Shown piece after piece: positions 62,172 through 64,000 of a stretch of DNA of 64,000 bases. The notes under the pieces are model-generated. The model saw nothing but the letters and a program-made list of their open reading frames with translations, did no database searches and was not told the origin of the DNA. The translations under genes and the position numbers were made by a program. Source of the DNA: Ylistrum balloti (taxonomy: Eukaryota); the NCBI RefSeq assembly GCF_031769215.1, contig NW_026782580.1, positions 1,178,001 through 1,242,000 of the forward strand, given 5' to 3'. Each line of letters begins with the position of its first letter. Position 1 is the stretch's first letter.

Positions 62172-64000
62172 CAAGATATTTAGTGGGACGATAGTAAGTG
62201 TTGTGTACAGAGTGTAGATATTTAGTGGGACGATAGTAAGAGTTGTATACAGAGTGTAGATATTTAGTAGGACGATAGTACGAGTTGTATACAGAGTGTA
62301 GATATTTAGTAGGACGATAGTACGAGTTGTATACAGAGTGTAGATATTTAGTGGGACGATAGTAAGAGTTGTGTACAGAGTGTAGATATTTAGTGGGACG
62401 ATAGTAAGAGTTGTGTACAGAGTGTAGATATTTAGTGGGACGATAGTAAGAGTTGTATACAGAGTGTAGATATTTAGTGGGACGATAGTAAGAGTTGTGT
62501 ACAGAGTGTAGATATTTAGTGGGACGATAGTAAGAGTACAGAGTGTAGATATTTAGTACAGAGTGTAGATATTTAGTGGGACGATAGTAAGAGTTGTATA
62601 CAGAGTGTAGATATTTAGTGGGACGATAGTAAGAGTTGTATACAGAGTGTAGATATTTAGTGGGACGATAGTAAGAGTTGTATACAGAGTGTAGATATTT
62701 AGTAGGACGATAGTACGAGTTGTATACAGAGTGTAGATATTTAGTGGGACGATAGTAAGAGTTGTATACAGAGTGTAGATATTTAGTGGGACGATAGTAA
62801 GAGTTGTATACAGAGTGTAGATATTTAGTGGGACGATAGTAAGAGTTGTATACAGAGTGTAGATATTTAGTGGGACGATTGTAAGTGTTGTATACAGAGT
62901 GTAGATATTTAGTGGGACGATTGTAAGTGTTGTATACAGAGTGTAGATATTTAGTGGGACGATAGTAAGAGTTGTGTACAGAGTGTAGATATTTAGTGGG
63001 ACGATAGTAAGAGTTGTATACAGAGTGTAGATATTTAGTGGGACGATTGTAAGTGTTGTATACAGAGTGTAGATATTTAGTGGGACGATAGTAAGAGTTG
63101 TATACAGAGTGTAGATATTTAGTGGGACGATAGTAAGAGTTGTATACAGAGTGTAGATATTTAGTGGGACGATAGTAAGAGTTGTATACAGAGTGTAGAT
63201 ATTTAGTGGGACGATAGTAAGAGTTGTATACAGAGTGTAGATATTTAGTGGGACGATAGTAAGAGTTGTGTACAGAGTGTAGATATTTAGTGGGACGATA
63301 GTAAGAGTTGTGTACAGAGTGTAGATATTTAGTGGGACGATAGTAAGAGTTGTGTACAGAGTGTAGATATTTAGTGGGACGATAGTAAGAGTTGTGTACA
63401 GAGTGTAGATATTTAGTGGGACGATAGTAAGAGTTGTGTACAGAGTGTAGATATTTTGGGACGATAGTAGTGGGACGAGTAAGTGTTGTATACAGAGTGT
63501 ATTTGTACAGAGTGTAGATATTTAGTGGGACGATAGTAAGAGTTGTGTACAGAGTGTAGATATTTAGTGGGACGATAGTAAGAGTTGTGTACAGAGTGTA
63601 GATATTTAGTGGGACGATAGTAAGAGTTGTGTACAGAGTGTAGATATTTAGTGGGACGATAGTAAGAGTTGTGTACAGAGTGTAGATATTTAGTGGGACG
63701 ATAGTAAGAGTTGTGTACAGAGTGTAGATATTTAGTGGGACGATAAGAGTTGTGTACAGAGTTGTGTACAGAGTGTAGATATTTAGTGGGACGATAGTAA
63801 AGTTGTATACAGAGTGTAGATATTTAGTAAGAGTTGTATACAGAGTGTATATGTATATAGTTGTGTACAGAGTGTAGATATTTAGTGGGACGATAGTAAG
63901 AGTTGTGTACAGAGTGTAGATATTTAGTGGGACGATAGTAAGAGTTGTGTACAGAGTGTAGATATTTAGTGGGACGATAGTAAGAGTTGTGTACAGAGTG
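62172..64000. repeat. 42-bp satellite running off the window end, about 43 copies visible
   Basis: Unit TAGATATTTAGTGGGACGATAGTAAGAGTTGT(G/A)TACAGAGTG; period measured from 62341 to 62383. Confidence 0.97.

Overview
AT-rich eukaryotic genomic DNA from an invertebrate, probably a bivalve mollusc (inferred from the repeat types). I reconstructed three protein-coding genes by hand: MRPL42 (+, 6 coding exons, 8870-15646, 140 aa), PUS7 (-, 16 coding exons, 39969-18492, 671 aa, one GC-AG intron) and intronless FBXL14 (+, 43375-44589). An intron-containing tRNA-Leu(CAA) (40945-41063) sits head-to-head with PUS7. Mobile DNA includes a complete 407-bp miniature LTR element whose LTRs contain a tRNA-Thr-like Pol III cassette (Helenus/TRIM type, with PBS, PPT and 4-bp TSD) plus two relic LTRs, two decayed L1/Tx1-type LINEs with exact target-site duplications, a V-domain SINE and several HINE/Helitron-like remnants. 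Eleven unrelated tandem arrays (24-80 bp units) cover roughly 30% of the window and explain all of the very long repetitive ORFs. The most unusual observation is that several arrays are tandem amplifications of the host gene's own splice junctions; one PUS7 intron is about 97% made of roughly 48 copies of its own 3' splice site plus exon start. Copy numbers and most repeat edges are by-eye estimates.
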